From contig CAYGAE010000002.1 of NCBI GenBank assembly GCA_964347855.1, positions 1 through 46,958 on the forward strand: 46,958 nucleotides of DNA. The letters run 5' to 3'. Positions 26,691 to 35,802 of this stretch are shown piece after piece. Each line of letters begins with the position of its first letter. Position 1 is the stretch's first letter. The stretch comes from an uncultured Candidatus Bathyarchaeia archaeon (GTDB lineage Archaea > Thermoproteota > Bathyarchaeia > Bathyarchaeales > Bathyarchaeaceae). The position numbers and the translations under genes are program-made. The notes under the pieces are model-generated. The model did no database searches. It was not told the DNA's origin and worked only from the letters and a program-made list of their open reading frames with translations.

Positions 26691-27509
26691 TTGGCTTCCA
26701 AGAAACAGAGAAAAATACTCGGCAGTGAACATCTCAAACGCATCATCGATCTATGTAAGTCCGTTGAGGAGAGAGGTCTTGACCCCTTCCTAGTAGAGGT
26801 TGATGACATAATCGCTGTTATTCGAGAGTATTTTTCTGATTGGAAGTCGCCTGAAGAGCTTTGTTTAGACGCTGAAACCGTCCACAAGCTGGCGTCTGTT
26901 ATTAAACTTCAAAGTGACTGGGTCAAGCACAGATCGACTTCCCTCTACACAGATCCCTTTCTTCTCGAGGAGAAGACACAAAAACTAAGCAGGGAAGCCT
27001 TTACCACACTGTTTCTTAAATGTTGGCATCCAATCATCGAATTAGAGCAAATATCCTCTCACAGTCTCGCTCAGGCTATCAAATACTGGCAAGACCTCCT
27101 CCCGTTGAAAGAACGATGGTTGAATTTCTCCGCTCAAGAGATAGAAACTGGAGCCACAACTCGTGACGAGCTTATCAAGTTGGGAATTATTGGGGCGAGG
27201 GCTTTTTCGGAGGATTTAGAAGTCCTTTGGGAGGAGTTGAAGCACAGGGTCGGCGAGGAAGGTAAAATTCGATACTGGGACTTTGTTGGGGCCGACACTT
27301 ATTCCAGCACGATAAGACGGGCTTTCCTGACAAGCTTTCTAATAACATACGGGTATGCCACCTTGGAAGTACATCGGCTAGAAGAGGAGACCTTTATCAA
27401 ACCCTTCGAAAAGCCGGTATCCTTTCAACAGAAAAAACAAGTGATCTCCATTCCCGTCTCCATAAGCCTTGAAGACTGGATGAGATGGAAGGAGGATAAG
27501 CAGAATTGA
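26691..27509 (+). CDS. kleisin-like (ScpA-like) partner of the SMC-like ATPase
   Basis: 272 aa with a TTG start directly after the SMC stop. The N-terminal GLDPFLVEVDDIIAVIREYF resembles the ScpA N-terminal helix region. The C-terminal RRAFLTSFLITYGYATLEVHRLEEETFIKPF resembles the kleisin C-terminal winged helix. Confidence 0.55.
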   Translation: MASKKQRKILGSEHLKRIIDLCKSVEERGLDPFLVEVDDIIAVIREYFSDWKSPEELCLDAETVHKLASVIKLQSDWVKHRSTSLYTDPFLLEEKTQKLSREAFTTLFLKCWHPIIELEQISSHSLAQAIKYWQDLLPLKERWLNFSAQEIETGATTRDELIKLGIIGARAFSEDLEVLWEELKHRVGEEGKIRYWDFVGADTYSSTIRRAFLTSFLITYGYATLEVHRLEEETFIKPFEKPVSFQQKKQVISIPVSISLEDWMRWKEDKQN

Positions 27510-27734
27510 AGAGGCAAGCCTTCCTCATAGTAGGCTTTTAGCGTCAGTCGATAGAGAAAGTTGCAGCCAAGAACGACAATTTTGGAAAGGCATGATATAA
27601 CACCTTTACTCACAGCAATTATTTTACGGGATAGAAAACATCAAATTTAACCATTTTGTCTCTCGTTAGATTTTCTTTTTTCAAGAAAGCTTGAACAACT
27701 CTGACATCAAAACCAACCTTGTAGCGATTCCCCT

Positions 27735-27745
27735 GCGCGCGCGCG
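27735..27745. repeat. alternating (GC)5.5 tract
   Basis: cctGCGCGCGCGCGatg. 22 nt upstream of TTTTAATATT (27768-27777), the putative hdrC1 TATA box. Confidence 0.95.
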
Positions 27746-27767
27746 ATGCGTCTTGTGGAAACAAAAG

Positions 27768-27777
27768 TTTTAATATT
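27768..27777 (+). promoter_or_regulatory. putative TATA box of the plus-strand hdr operon
   Basis: TTTTAATATT ~41 nt upstream of ATG 27818, preceded by the (GC)5.5 tract. Confidence 0.4.
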
Positions 27778-27817
27778 ACCATAATTATGATTGCTTACAT
27801 CAAATTCGGGATCCACA

Positions 27818-28285
27818 ATGCGCGAATGTTCTCCCAATGAAACTAATGAGAAACACAATGTAGATAATCTCTATCTCTGTTATCAGTGTGGAACCTGCAG
27901 TGGTGGATGTCCAGTCACCAGATTGGTCCCTGAATACAATATCAGAAAGATTGTCAAACTCAGAAAAGAAAACAGGATCGATGTTAGAAGTAGATTTCTT
28001 TGGTACTGCCTGACTTGTTATATATGTTATGAGCGATGTCCTCAAGGGGTCAAACCAATCGAAGTCATCCATTCTGTCACAAATTTTGTATCGAGAAATG
28101 GATTTGCCCCCTCATCTCTGAAGGAAGGTAATAAGAAAATCCTAGCTGTAGGTCGCAGTAGTGACCTCACCAAATTCACTGAACAAAAACGAGGAAAATT
28201 GGGGCTGCCAGAATTGAAAATAGATGTATCAAAGGACTTTAAAGAAATTTCTAAAATGACAGGGTTGGCAGAGATGATTCAATGA
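27818..28285 (+). CDS. hdrC: heterodisulfide reductase subunit C-like (2x[4Fe-4S])
   Basis: CYQCGTCSGGCP and CLTCYICYERCP ferredoxin motifs. The ATG at 27818 is preferred over the track start at 27791. ATGA overlap with hdrB. Confidence 0.8.
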   Translation: MRECSPNETNEKHNVDNLYLCYQCGTCSGGCPVTRLVPEYNIRKIVKLRKENRIDVRSRFLWYCLTCYICYERCPQGVKPIEVIHSVTNFVSRNGFAPSSLKEGNKKILAVGRSSDLTKFTEQKRGKLGLPELKIDVSKDFKEISKMTGLAEMIQ

Positions 28286-29157
28286 ACCTTACATTATTCC
28301 TTGGATGCAATATTCCAACCCAAGTCTTCAACTATGAAGCCTCAGTCAGGAGAATTGCAGCCGCCTTTGGGATCAAGCTCAAAGATAACGTGGAGTTTGG
28401 TTGTTGCGGTGAGCTTACAGAAGCCATAGATTATTACACATCTCTCGTTTTTTCTGCAAGGAATATTGCCCTGGCAGAGAAGGAAGAGCAAGACATCTTA
28501 ACCTTGTGTAACGGATGTTTCTCTTCATTGAACAAAGCGATTTTCGCGCTAAATGATCCTCACTTGAGAAGCAGAGTCAACGAAGCCCTAAAAAAAATAG
28601 ATCTCTCCTACAAGGGGAAATCGCGCGTGTTTCACTTTCACCAACTGATGTACGATATCGTTGGACCTTCAAAGATTAAGGAAAAGATAGTTTTAAATTT
28701 GAACAATGTATCAGTTTCCTGCCATAACGGCTGCCACATCCTCAGACCAAGCGATGTTCTTGGATTCGACGATCCCCAAAATCCGAAGAAACTCGAAGAA
28801 CTTGTGGGATTGACAGGAGCTAAAATCGTTAAGCCAATAGGAATCGAACAATGCTGCGGATCGGTTCTGTCACTCTGTGATCTAGACGCCGCCCAATCAC
28901 TGGCAATAGAGTCTATTGAAAGAAAAGGCGAAGTGGATGCAATAGTGGTCGGTTGCCCTTTTTGTTTCAAACAATTTGATATGGGGCAAGTCGTCGCCAG
29001 AAAGAAATTCAACAAAGAATTAAGCATTCCCATACTCTTTTACGCCGAACTTCTTGGGCTGGCTCTCGGACTTAGACCAGAAGATCTTGGACTTAACATT
29101 GTCCATAAGATACGCACAGACGGGTTCTTGGAGAAGTTGGGGGTTTCTAATGGGTAG
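28282..29157 (+). CDS. hdrB: heterodisulfide reductase subunit B-like (two CCG domains)
   Basis: 291 aa. FGCCGE and EQCCGS with the associated CxxC/CPFC cysteines are typical of CCG domains. Confidence 0.85.
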   Translation: MNLTLFLGCNIPTQVFNYEASVRRIAAAFGIKLKDNVEFGCCGELTEAIDYYTSLVFSARNIALAEKEEQDILTLCNGCFSSLNKAIFALNDPHLRSRVNEALKKIDLSYKGKSRVFHFHQLMYDIVGPSKIKEKIVLNLNNVSVSCHNGCHILRPSDVLGFDDPQNPKKLEELVGLTGAKIVKPIGIEQCCGSVLSLCDLDAAQSLAIESIERKGEVDAIVVGCPFCFKQFDMGQVVARKKFNKELSIPILFYAELLGLALGLRPEDLGLNIVHKIRTDGFLEKLGVSNG

Positions 29158-30178
29158 AGTGTTGGTAGTGGGCGGTGGCATCGCTGGAATGCAGTCCTCG
29201 TTGGACTTAGCTGATATGGACCACCGGGTATATTTGGTCGAGAAGGAAAGAGAGTTGGGAGGCAATCTTAGGAATCTTTATAAAACCTTTCCTACAGACG
29301 AGATAACAGAGGAGTTTCTCTCCAACTTCACGGAGAAGGCAAAAGCACACACTAACATATCAGTTCTAACAGATTCAACTATCTGCAAATTTGAGGAAAA
29401 GACTCAGGCTTTCGAAGTCACAATTGACGTCGCAGGCAAGCCTGACACCATCAACGTCAACGCCATAGTTCTTGCAACAGGCTTTATTCCTTATGATCCA
29501 ACAGAAAAGACGGAGTATGGATACAACAGGTATAGGGATGTTATAACTTCAATAGACCTAGAAAGAATGATGAAAGAAGGAAAGTTAGCAAGACCCTCGA
29601 ACTCTGAGAAGCCCAAATCAGTAACATTTGTTCAGTGCGTCGGATGCAGAGATTCCAAAGCATATAGATACTGTTCCTACTTTTGCTGCACCTTAACCGT
29701 GAAAGATGCGCTTCTCATCAAAAGAGAATCTCCTGGCATAGATGTAACGGTCATGTACATGGACATTCGAACCCCTTACGTCTATGAGAATCTATATTTC
29801 GACGCTAGAAACATCGGCGTGAAATTTATCAGAGCCAGACCGGCTGAGATTTTTGAAAGGGGTGATAGGCTAGTTCTAAATTTCGAAGATACGTTAACGA
29901 GCGAAACACACAGCATTGAATCTGACTTAGTTGTTCTATCCGTTGGGGGAATACCTCCTCCAGAAGCAAAGGAGTTAGGCCAAATGATGAAGGTATCATT
30001 GGATGATACCGGTTTTTTCAAGGTTCACAACAGACCTTCAGGAACAGACGCAAATCGGATCTTTGTTGTAGGCGCAGCATGTGGTCCAAAAGATATAGAC
30101 TATTCTCTATCACAGGCAGGCGCTGCTGCCTCTCAGATAAACAAGCTTTTGAGGGGAACACATGCCGCTAATAAATAA
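29150..30178 (+). CDS. hdrA: short HdrA-like FAD-dependent oxidoreductase (~342 aa)
   Basis: MGRVLVVGGGIAGMQSSLD dinucleotide motif and the HdrA cysteine cluster VQCVGCRD...YCSYFCC. It lacks the ferredoxin and MvhD-binding domains of canonical HdrA. The start at 29150 overlaps the hdrB stop. Confidence 0.8.
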   Translation: MGRVLVVGGGIAGMQSSLDLADMDHRVYLVEKERELGGNLRNLYKTFPTDEITEEFLSNFTEKAKAHTNISVLTDSTICKFEEKTQAFEVTIDVAGKPDTINVNAIVLATGFIPYDPTEKTEYGYNRYRDVITSIDLERMMKEGKLARPSNSEKPKSVTFVQCVGCRDSKAYRYCSYFCCTLTVKDALLIKRESPGIDVTVMYMDIRTPYVYENLYFDARNIGVKFIRARPAEIFERGDRLVLNFEDTLTSETHSIESDLVVLSVGGIPPPEAKELGQMMKVSLDDTGFFKVHNRPSGTDANRIFVVGAACGPKDIDYSLSQAGAAASQINKLLRGTHAANK

Positions 30179-31223
30179 TTGCTACCAATGTGGATTATGT
30201 ACAGGAATTTGCCCAAAGAGGCGGATTTCTAAGTATTCCCCTCGCTTTAGAATTAACAAGTTTTTGTTAGAGAATGAAAGAAAGGTCACGTGGGAATGTC
30301 TTACCTGCGGACTTTGTTCGCAGTACTGCCCACAAGAGGTCAACTACATAGACTTCGTTCGAGACCTGAGAAAGCAAGACGTTGATGAAGAGGTGGTCGC
30401 TCATAAATCAATTTTTTCACTTATCTGTGAGATCATGACTAAATATCCTAGCGCTCGGGGGGTACCTACAGACTTCAAAGGGGAGATAGATCAAAACAGT
30501 GGCGTTGGCTATTTCCCTGGCTGTCTCGACTTTTTTGACTGCTTTTTGGATGTTGGCGTAGATTTCCATGAGATCGGCGAGTCAAGCATTAAGCTGCTAA
30601 ACCGGATTGATATTAAACCTAGAATTCTATCGTTAAAATGCTGCGGGCACGACGCACTCTGGCAAGGCTATGGCGCTGCCTTCGATGCACTAAGAAAATA
30701 CAACGAAAACCAAATAGAGAAAAGTGGAATCAAATCGCTCGTCACCTCTTGCGCAGAATGTTTTAGGACATTTTCGAAAGATTACGAACTTGACCTAGAG
30801 ATAACGCACATATCCCAAATACTTGAGAAAAATGGGGACAAATTGGACATTGAAACCAACGGCACCATAGCTACATACCATGACCCCTGTCGACTTGGCA
30901 GACACATGGAAGTATACGATGCGCCTAGAAACGTGCTGTCAAAAGTGAAAGGTCTCACGTTCAAAGAACTTGATGATGCTCGCGAAGATGCCCAGTGCTG
31001 TGGCGTATCTGCGTGGATTTCATGCAGTCCAGAGACCAAATTTCTAGTGATGGAAAAACTGGAAAAGGCAATGGATACAAATTCAAAGACTCTAATCACG
31101 GCGTGCCCAAAATGTTGTGCGCATTTGAATTGTATAAAGAATGAAAAGCCGCCGGTAAGAGATTTCAACATCGACGTTGAGGATCTAGCGGTTTTCTTAT
31201 CAAAATTGATTGACAAAAAGTGA
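30162..31223 (+). CDS. hdrD: HdrD-like fused HdrC/HdrB protein
   Basis: 353 aa: N-terminal CYQCGLCTGICP and CLTCGLCSQYCP, then two CCG domains (LKCCGHD, AQCCGVS). Confidence 0.8.
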   Translation: MPLINNCYQCGLCTGICPKRRISKYSPRFRINKFLLENERKVTWECLTCGLCSQYCPQEVNYIDFVRDLRKQDVDEEVVAHKSIFSLICEIMTKYPSARGVPTDFKGEIDQNSGVGYFPGCLDFFDCFLDVGVDFHEIGESSIKLLNRIDIKPRILSLKCCGHDALWQGYGAAFDALRKYNENQIEKSGIKSLVTSCAECFRTFSKDYELDLEITHISQILEKNGDKLDIETNGTIATYHDPCRLGRHMEVYDAPRNVLSKVKGLTFKELDDAREDAQCCGVSAWISCSPETKFLVMEKLEKAMDTNSKTLITACPKCCAHLNCIKNEKPPVRDFNIDVEDLAVFLSKLIDKK

Positions 31224-31226
31224 GCA

Positions 31227-31667
31227 ATGATGCCTGAGAATGAATTTGAACCGAGAATTGTGGTTTTCGCGTGCAACTGGTGTTCTTACGCGGGCGCAGA
31301 CTTGGCGGGGGTTGGTAGAATTCAATATCCTCCCACGGTAAGGATAATACGGATGATGTGTTCAAGTCGAGTTGATCCAGCCTTCATTTTGAAAGCTTTT
31401 CTCAGAGGAGCGGACGGAATCCTCGTTGCAGGCTGCCATCTTGGTGACTGCCATTATATCGAAGGCAACTACAATACTGAAAAGAGAATAAAGGAGACGA
31501 TGAAAGCCTTAGAATATGTGGGGTTTGAAGCCAAAAGATTAAGATTGGAGTGGATATCTGCGTCTGAAGGACCGAAATTTGCAAGCGTGATCAGAGAATT
31601 TACAGACGAGTTGAAAGAGTTGGGACCTAACCCTATACGAAAGACCGGTGGTGATATGAATGGATAG
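31227..31667 (+). CDS. mvhD: MvhD/FlpD-like [2Fe-2S] protein
   Basis: 146 aa. IVVFACNWCSYAGADLAG...MCSSRVDP...GCHLGDCHY is typical of the methyl-viologen-reducing hydrogenase delta subunit. Confidence 0.85.
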   Translation: MMPENEFEPRIVVFACNWCSYAGADLAGVGRIQYPPTVRIIRMMCSSRVDPAFILKAFLRGADGILVAGCHLGDCHYIEGNYNTEKRIKETMKALEYVGFEAKRLRLEWISASEGPKFASVIREFTDELKELGPNPIRKTGGDMNG

Positions 31668-32682
31668 CGTATTGGTAGTTGGTTCTGGAGTTGCTGGTCT
31701 CCAAGCTTCACTGGACGTCGCAGACTTTGGATACCATGTTTTTCTGGTCGAGAGAGAGCGTGAACTTGGAGGAAACCTGAAGAAGTTAGGTGAACTTTTC
31801 CCGACCGGTGAGAATGCTCCGGATTTACTTTCAAGTCTTTTGAGCAAGATTGAGGACAAGAAAAACATCACGGTCATGAAAGACTTTGAAATTCTAGATG
31901 TTAGGGGAGAATTTCCAGAGTTCAAGGTTAAAGTGAATGGTTCAAATGAAGAAAGGAGTTTAAATGTCAACGCCGTTATCTTAGCTACTGGGTTCAAGCC
32001 TTTTGACCCGTCGCCATTAAGGCAGTATGGATACGGCAGATATGAAGATGTGATCACTTCTTTAGAGTTAGAGGAAATGCTTAGGAAGGGAAACCTTGTA
32101 AGACCTTCGAGTTTGAAAAAACCAAACTCCATATCCATAATCCAGTGTGTTGGTTCGAGGGACAACAATACTAATACCTACTGCTCATCCTTTTGCTGCA
32201 GGTATGCCATTAAGTTCGCACAGCAGATCAAGAAAATGCATCCAGAAATGATGATAACCATACTATATATGGACATAAGAACTCCCTATGAAAGCGAGTT
32301 TGACTATAATAATGCTAGACTGTTGGGCGTCCAATTTCTCAGAGGAAAACCTGCAAGAGTTAGGAAAGCTAAGGATACTCTTGTAGTTCAGGTTGAAGAT
32401 ACATTAGAAAATGATTTAGTCTTCCTCGAGTCTGACCTCGTAGTGCTTTCTATCGGAGGAGTTCCCGATCCAACCACTACCTTTTTCAAGAATAAGTTGA
32501 ATCTCGAGATATCGGATTCAGGATTTTTCCATATAACAGAAAGGCCCGTCAGCACAAACGTACAAGGTGTTTTTGTCGCAGGTGCAGCAAGCGGGTTAAA
32601 AGACATCGCCTACTCGATGGCACAGGGAAGCTGTGCAGCAGCCAAAGTTGACATAATCCTAAAGCCCGCAGAAACCACGTAA
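31660..32682 (+). CDS. hdrA: short HdrA-like FAD-dependent oxidoreductase (~340 aa), second copy
   Basis: VLVVGSGVAGLQASLD and IQCVGSRD...YCSSFCC. Its start overlaps the mvhD stop. Confidence 0.8.
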   Translation: MDSVLVVGSGVAGLQASLDVADFGYHVFLVERERELGGNLKKLGELFPTGENAPDLLSSLLSKIEDKKNITVMKDFEILDVRGEFPEFKVKVNGSNEERSLNVNAVILATGFKPFDPSPLRQYGYGRYEDVITSLELEEMLRKGNLVRPSSLKKPNSISIIQCVGSRDNNTNTYCSSFCCRYAIKFAQQIKKMHPEMMITILYMDIRTPYESEFDYNNARLLGVQFLRGKPARVRKAKDTLVVQVEDTLENDLVFLESDLVVLSIGGVPDPTTTFFKNKLNLEISDSGFFHITERPVSTNVQGVFVAGAASGLKDIAYSMAQGSCAAAKVDIILKPAETT

Positions 32683-32697
32683 ACTTAGAAACGACCA

Positions 32698-35600
32698 CTA
32701 ACTACCTGAACGTTTCTGAGATTTTACGACCACTGGTATGGGGAGTAAATCCGCTGTCTCTTGAGGTTTGATGATGGCTGCTTGTAAGCTTGCCTCAATT
32801 TGTTGTTTTGAGAAGTGCTGAGGAGTTATTGCTCCGACAGGGCATGCCACGGCACATGATCCACAGCCTTTGCATATTATGGGGTTGATATGAGCCTTCC
32901 TTGTTAGGAACACAACTTTCTCCATGATCATTTCCTCGGGTTGAAGTTCTATTGCTCTGAAAGGACACACCTCAACACAAACACCACAGCCCTTACATTT
33001 CTCCTCATCGACCACGCTTATGGCACCTTCAGATTCTATATAATCCTTCGACAATATCACACAGGCACGCGACGCTGCTGCGCTCGCCTGTGCTATGCTC
33101 TCGTAGATCATCTTTGGATAGTGGGCGGTTCCGCATACAAATACTCCATCCGTTGCAAAATCAACGGGCCTAAGCTTCACGTGGGCCTCCAAGAAGAAAC
33201 CATTGGCATCACGGGGAACTTTGAACATTTTGCTTAGCTTATCATAATCGTCTCTCGGTAGTATTGCGCTACTCAGAACTATGAGGTCTGGCCTCAATCT
33301 CAATTTTGAATCGAACATCGGATCATATATTTCAACTGTCAAATTCTTTGGATCAACTGATGGTTTCTGTTCATTCGTATAGCTCAAAAAGACTACTCCG
33401 AGGTCTCTTGCCTCTCTGTATAATGCTTCCCACAGCCCATAAGCACGTATGTCCCGGTAAAGTATGTACACTTCCGTATCGGGGTTTTGCTTCTTAATTC
33501 TGATCGCGTTTTTTATTGCCTCTGTACAACAAACCCTGGAACAGTACGGTCTATTTTCGTCTCTGGAACCTACACATTGGATCATGACAACAGTCTTTAC
33601 GGCCTTCTTGTCATCCCACAGCCATTTTCCAGTGATCATAGGTTCCAGAATTTTCTGAGTAATGATCTTGTTACTTTCTCCATAGTGAAAGAGACCCCGG
33701 GGTTCTAGCATCTCCGCACCAACTGCAATTATCGCTGCTCCAAATTCCGCTTCTTCAACTTTTCCTTCCGTGTCGATTTTCGCTCTAAAGTTTCCGACGA
33801 AACCATCGACTTCCATGACTTCTGAATTTCTAAATACTGTGATTTTTTGGTGATTTTCAACCTTCTTTATTATTTCATCAAGGATTTCAATTGTCTTTGT
33901 TCCATCCTGTATCTCTTCTATACTGCGCATAAATCCGCCAAGTCGGTCGCGCTTTTCTACAAGATAGACTTCAAAGCCCTGATCTGCAATGTCCAAGCTC
34001 GCTGTCATCCCTGAAATGCCGCCACCGATGACCAGAGCACTCTTCTTTACAGGAACTAATTTAGTTTCAAGAGGCTTCAGAAATCTAGCCCTTGCAACAG
34101 CCATCCTGAGGAGATCTTTAGCTTTTTCTGTGGCACTTTTCTTGTCCCTCATATGAACCCATGAACACTGCTCTCTAATATTGCAGAACTCAAAGAGGTA
34201 TTGGTTTAAGCCGGCTTCTCTGCAAGTGTTTCTGAAGATGGATTCGTGGGTTCTTGGCGTACAAGAGGCGACTATAACCCTGTTCAAATCTCTCTCTTTT
34301 ATGACCTGCTTTATTCTTTCTTGGGTGTCCTGAGAACATGTGTATAGGTTTCTCTCTGCATGAACAACATGCGGTAATTCTTTCACGTATTCGACCACTT
34401 GTTGAACATTCACAATCCCTCCGATGTTTATGCCGCAGTGACAAACGAAGACGCCAATCCTTGGCTCTTCTGGAATTGCCTTCTCTTCCGGATACTCCTT
34501 CGTTGAAATCAGCTGATTCCTTGCAGAAGACAGAAGGACCTCTGCCTTCGCAGCTGCCGCGCTCGCCTGTGCAACTGAGTCAGGAATATCCTTGGGTCCT
34601 TGGGATGAGCCACAAACATAGACCCCTCGAATGTTGGTTTCCACAGGGGTTGTTAGTCTTGTGTACACGTAGCCGAAGTCGTTTAGTTCTAGACCCATGA
34701 TTTCTTTGAGCGAGAGAAGAGTGCTGGGCGGGGTCAATCCCACCGAGAGGACGAGTAGATCTAAATCCATGCTCTTGAGTTCGTGAGTGACAGGGTCCTC
34801 GAAAAAAACTGTGAGACCACTCTTGTCTTTGTTGAGAGATACCGCCGGAACCTCGCATCTTATGTATTTTATTCCATATTCTTTCACTGCCCGCTCGGTA
34901 AATTCTTCGAATCCCTTCCCAAAAGCACGTAAATCTATGTAGAAGATTGTTATGTCTAATTCTGGGTCGTGTTCTTTTGCGACTATGGCTTCTTTTGTCG
35001 CGTACATGCAGCAGACGGCGGAGCACAATTCCCTCCCTATGCTGGGGTTCCTCGAGCCAACGCACTGAATAAACCCAATGTTTTTAGGTCTTTTTCCGTC
35101 TGAAGGACGAAGGACGACACCTCCGTAAGGGCCGCTGGCACTTAGAATTCTTTCAAACTCAGCACTTGTAATCACGTCGGGATAATGATATCCATATTTT
35201 TTCATGGTCGACGGGTCGAAAAGCCCTGCACCTGTGGCGAGAATAACTGCTCCAACATTTAATTCGGTTGGGCTGATCTGCTGGTCGTAATCTATGGCTT
35301 TTCTCTTGCAAACCTTCTCACAAAGTCCGCATCCAATGCATGCGTTTCTATCGATGGAGTAAACGAGGGGAACAGCCTGGGGATACATCACTGAGATAGC
35401 GTTTTTCTTACTGAGGTTTCTGTTGAAAGCATCGAGAGCTCGAACCGGGCAAGATCTGGCGCAATCTCCGCAACCGTTGCATTTTTCAGGGTCGACATAT
35501 CTCGGTCTTTTCAACAGTTTTACCTTAAAATCCCCTGCAACACCACCGAAATCAACGATATCAGCGTTACCTATTATCTCTATGTTGGGATGTCTGTAAG

Positions 35601-35793
35601 TGCCAACAAGCTTCGGTGACAAAATGCACATGGCACAGTCGTTTGTTGGAAACGTCTTGTCCAGTTGAGGCATGGTTCCTCCTATACTCGGTTTTTGATC
35701 GACAAGGTAGACTTTGAAACCTGAATTTGCGAGATCCAAAGACGCTTGAATCCCGGCTATTCCCCCTCCTACGACCATCACAGAACCTTTCAT
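32698..35793 (-). CDS. hdrA: large double HdrA-like protein (1031 aa)
   Basis: Two FAD/Rossmann motifs (VVGGGIAGIQASLD near the N-terminus, VIGGGISGMTASLD near aa 590). Two CVGSR...CS..CC clusters and four ferredoxin-type CxxCxxCxxxCP motifs. Confidence 0.85.
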   Translation of the reverse strand: MKGSVMVVGGGIAGIQASLDLANSGFKVYLVDQKPSIGGTMPQLDKTFPTNDCAMCILSPKLVGTYRHPNIEIIGNADIVDFGGVAGDFKVKLLKRPRYVDPEKCNGCGDCARSCPVRALDAFNRNLSKKNAISVMYPQAVPLVYSIDRNACIGCGLCEKVCKRKAIDYDQQISPTELNVGAVILATGAGLFDPSTMKKYGYHYPDVITSAEFERILSASGPYGGVVLRPSDGKRPKNIGFIQCVGSRNPSIGRELCSAVCCMYATKEAIVAKEHDPELDITIFYIDLRAFGKGFEEFTERAVKEYGIKYIRCEVPAVSLNKDKSGLTVFFEDPVTHELKSMDLDLLVLSVGLTPPSTLLSLKEIMGLELNDFGYVYTRLTTPVETNIRGVYVCGSSQGPKDIPDSVAQASAAAAKAEVLLSSARNQLISTKEYPEEKAIPEEPRIGVFVCHCGINIGGIVNVQQVVEYVKELPHVVHAERNLYTCSQDTQERIKQVIKERDLNRVIVASCTPRTHESIFRNTCREAGLNQYLFEFCNIREQCSWVHMRDKKSATEKAKDLLRMAVARARFLKPLETKLVPVKKSALVIGGGISGMTASLDIADQGFEVYLVEKRDRLGGFMRSIEEIQDGTKTIEILDEIIKKVENHQKITVFRNSEVMEVDGFVGNFRAKIDTEGKVEEAEFGAAIIAVGAEMLEPRGLFHYGESNKIITQKILEPMITGKWLWDDKKAVKTVVMIQCVGSRDENRPYCSRVCCTEAIKNAIRIKKQNPDTEVYILYRDIRAYGLWEALYREARDLGVVFLSYTNEQKPSVDPKNLTVEIYDPMFDSKLRLRPDLIVLSSAILPRDDYDKLSKMFKVPRDANGFFLEAHVKLRPVDFATDGVFVCGTAHYPKMIYESIAQASAAASRACVILSKDYIESEGAISVVDEEKCKGCGVCVEVCPFRAIELQPEEMIMEKVVFLTRKAHINPIICKGCGSCAVACPVGAITPQHFSKQQIEASLQAAIIKPQETADLLPIPVVVKSQKRSGS
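33071..33204. repeat. near-identical patch A, copy 1 (large hdrA paralogs)
   Basis: 134 nt with 3 mismatches versus 36865-36998, aligned by eye base by base. Flanks are clearly diverged. Confidence 0.9.
34955..35079. repeat. near-identical patch B, copy 1 (large hdrA paralogs)
   Basis: 125 nt with 3 mismatches versus 38734-38858. Confidence 0.9.
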
Positions 35794-35802
35794 ATCAATA
35801 AT

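Noticed and set aside
27619-27858. 79-aa minus-strand ORF spanning the (GC)5.5 tract and the hdrC1 promoter and start.
   Set aside because: Its 5-prime half overlaps the hdrC1 TATA box and coding start, so it is not credible as an intact gene. Only the part downstream of the GC tract (GNRYKVGFDVRVVQAFLKKENLTRDKMVKFDVFYPVK) might be a gene remnant, and I could not assign it to any family.
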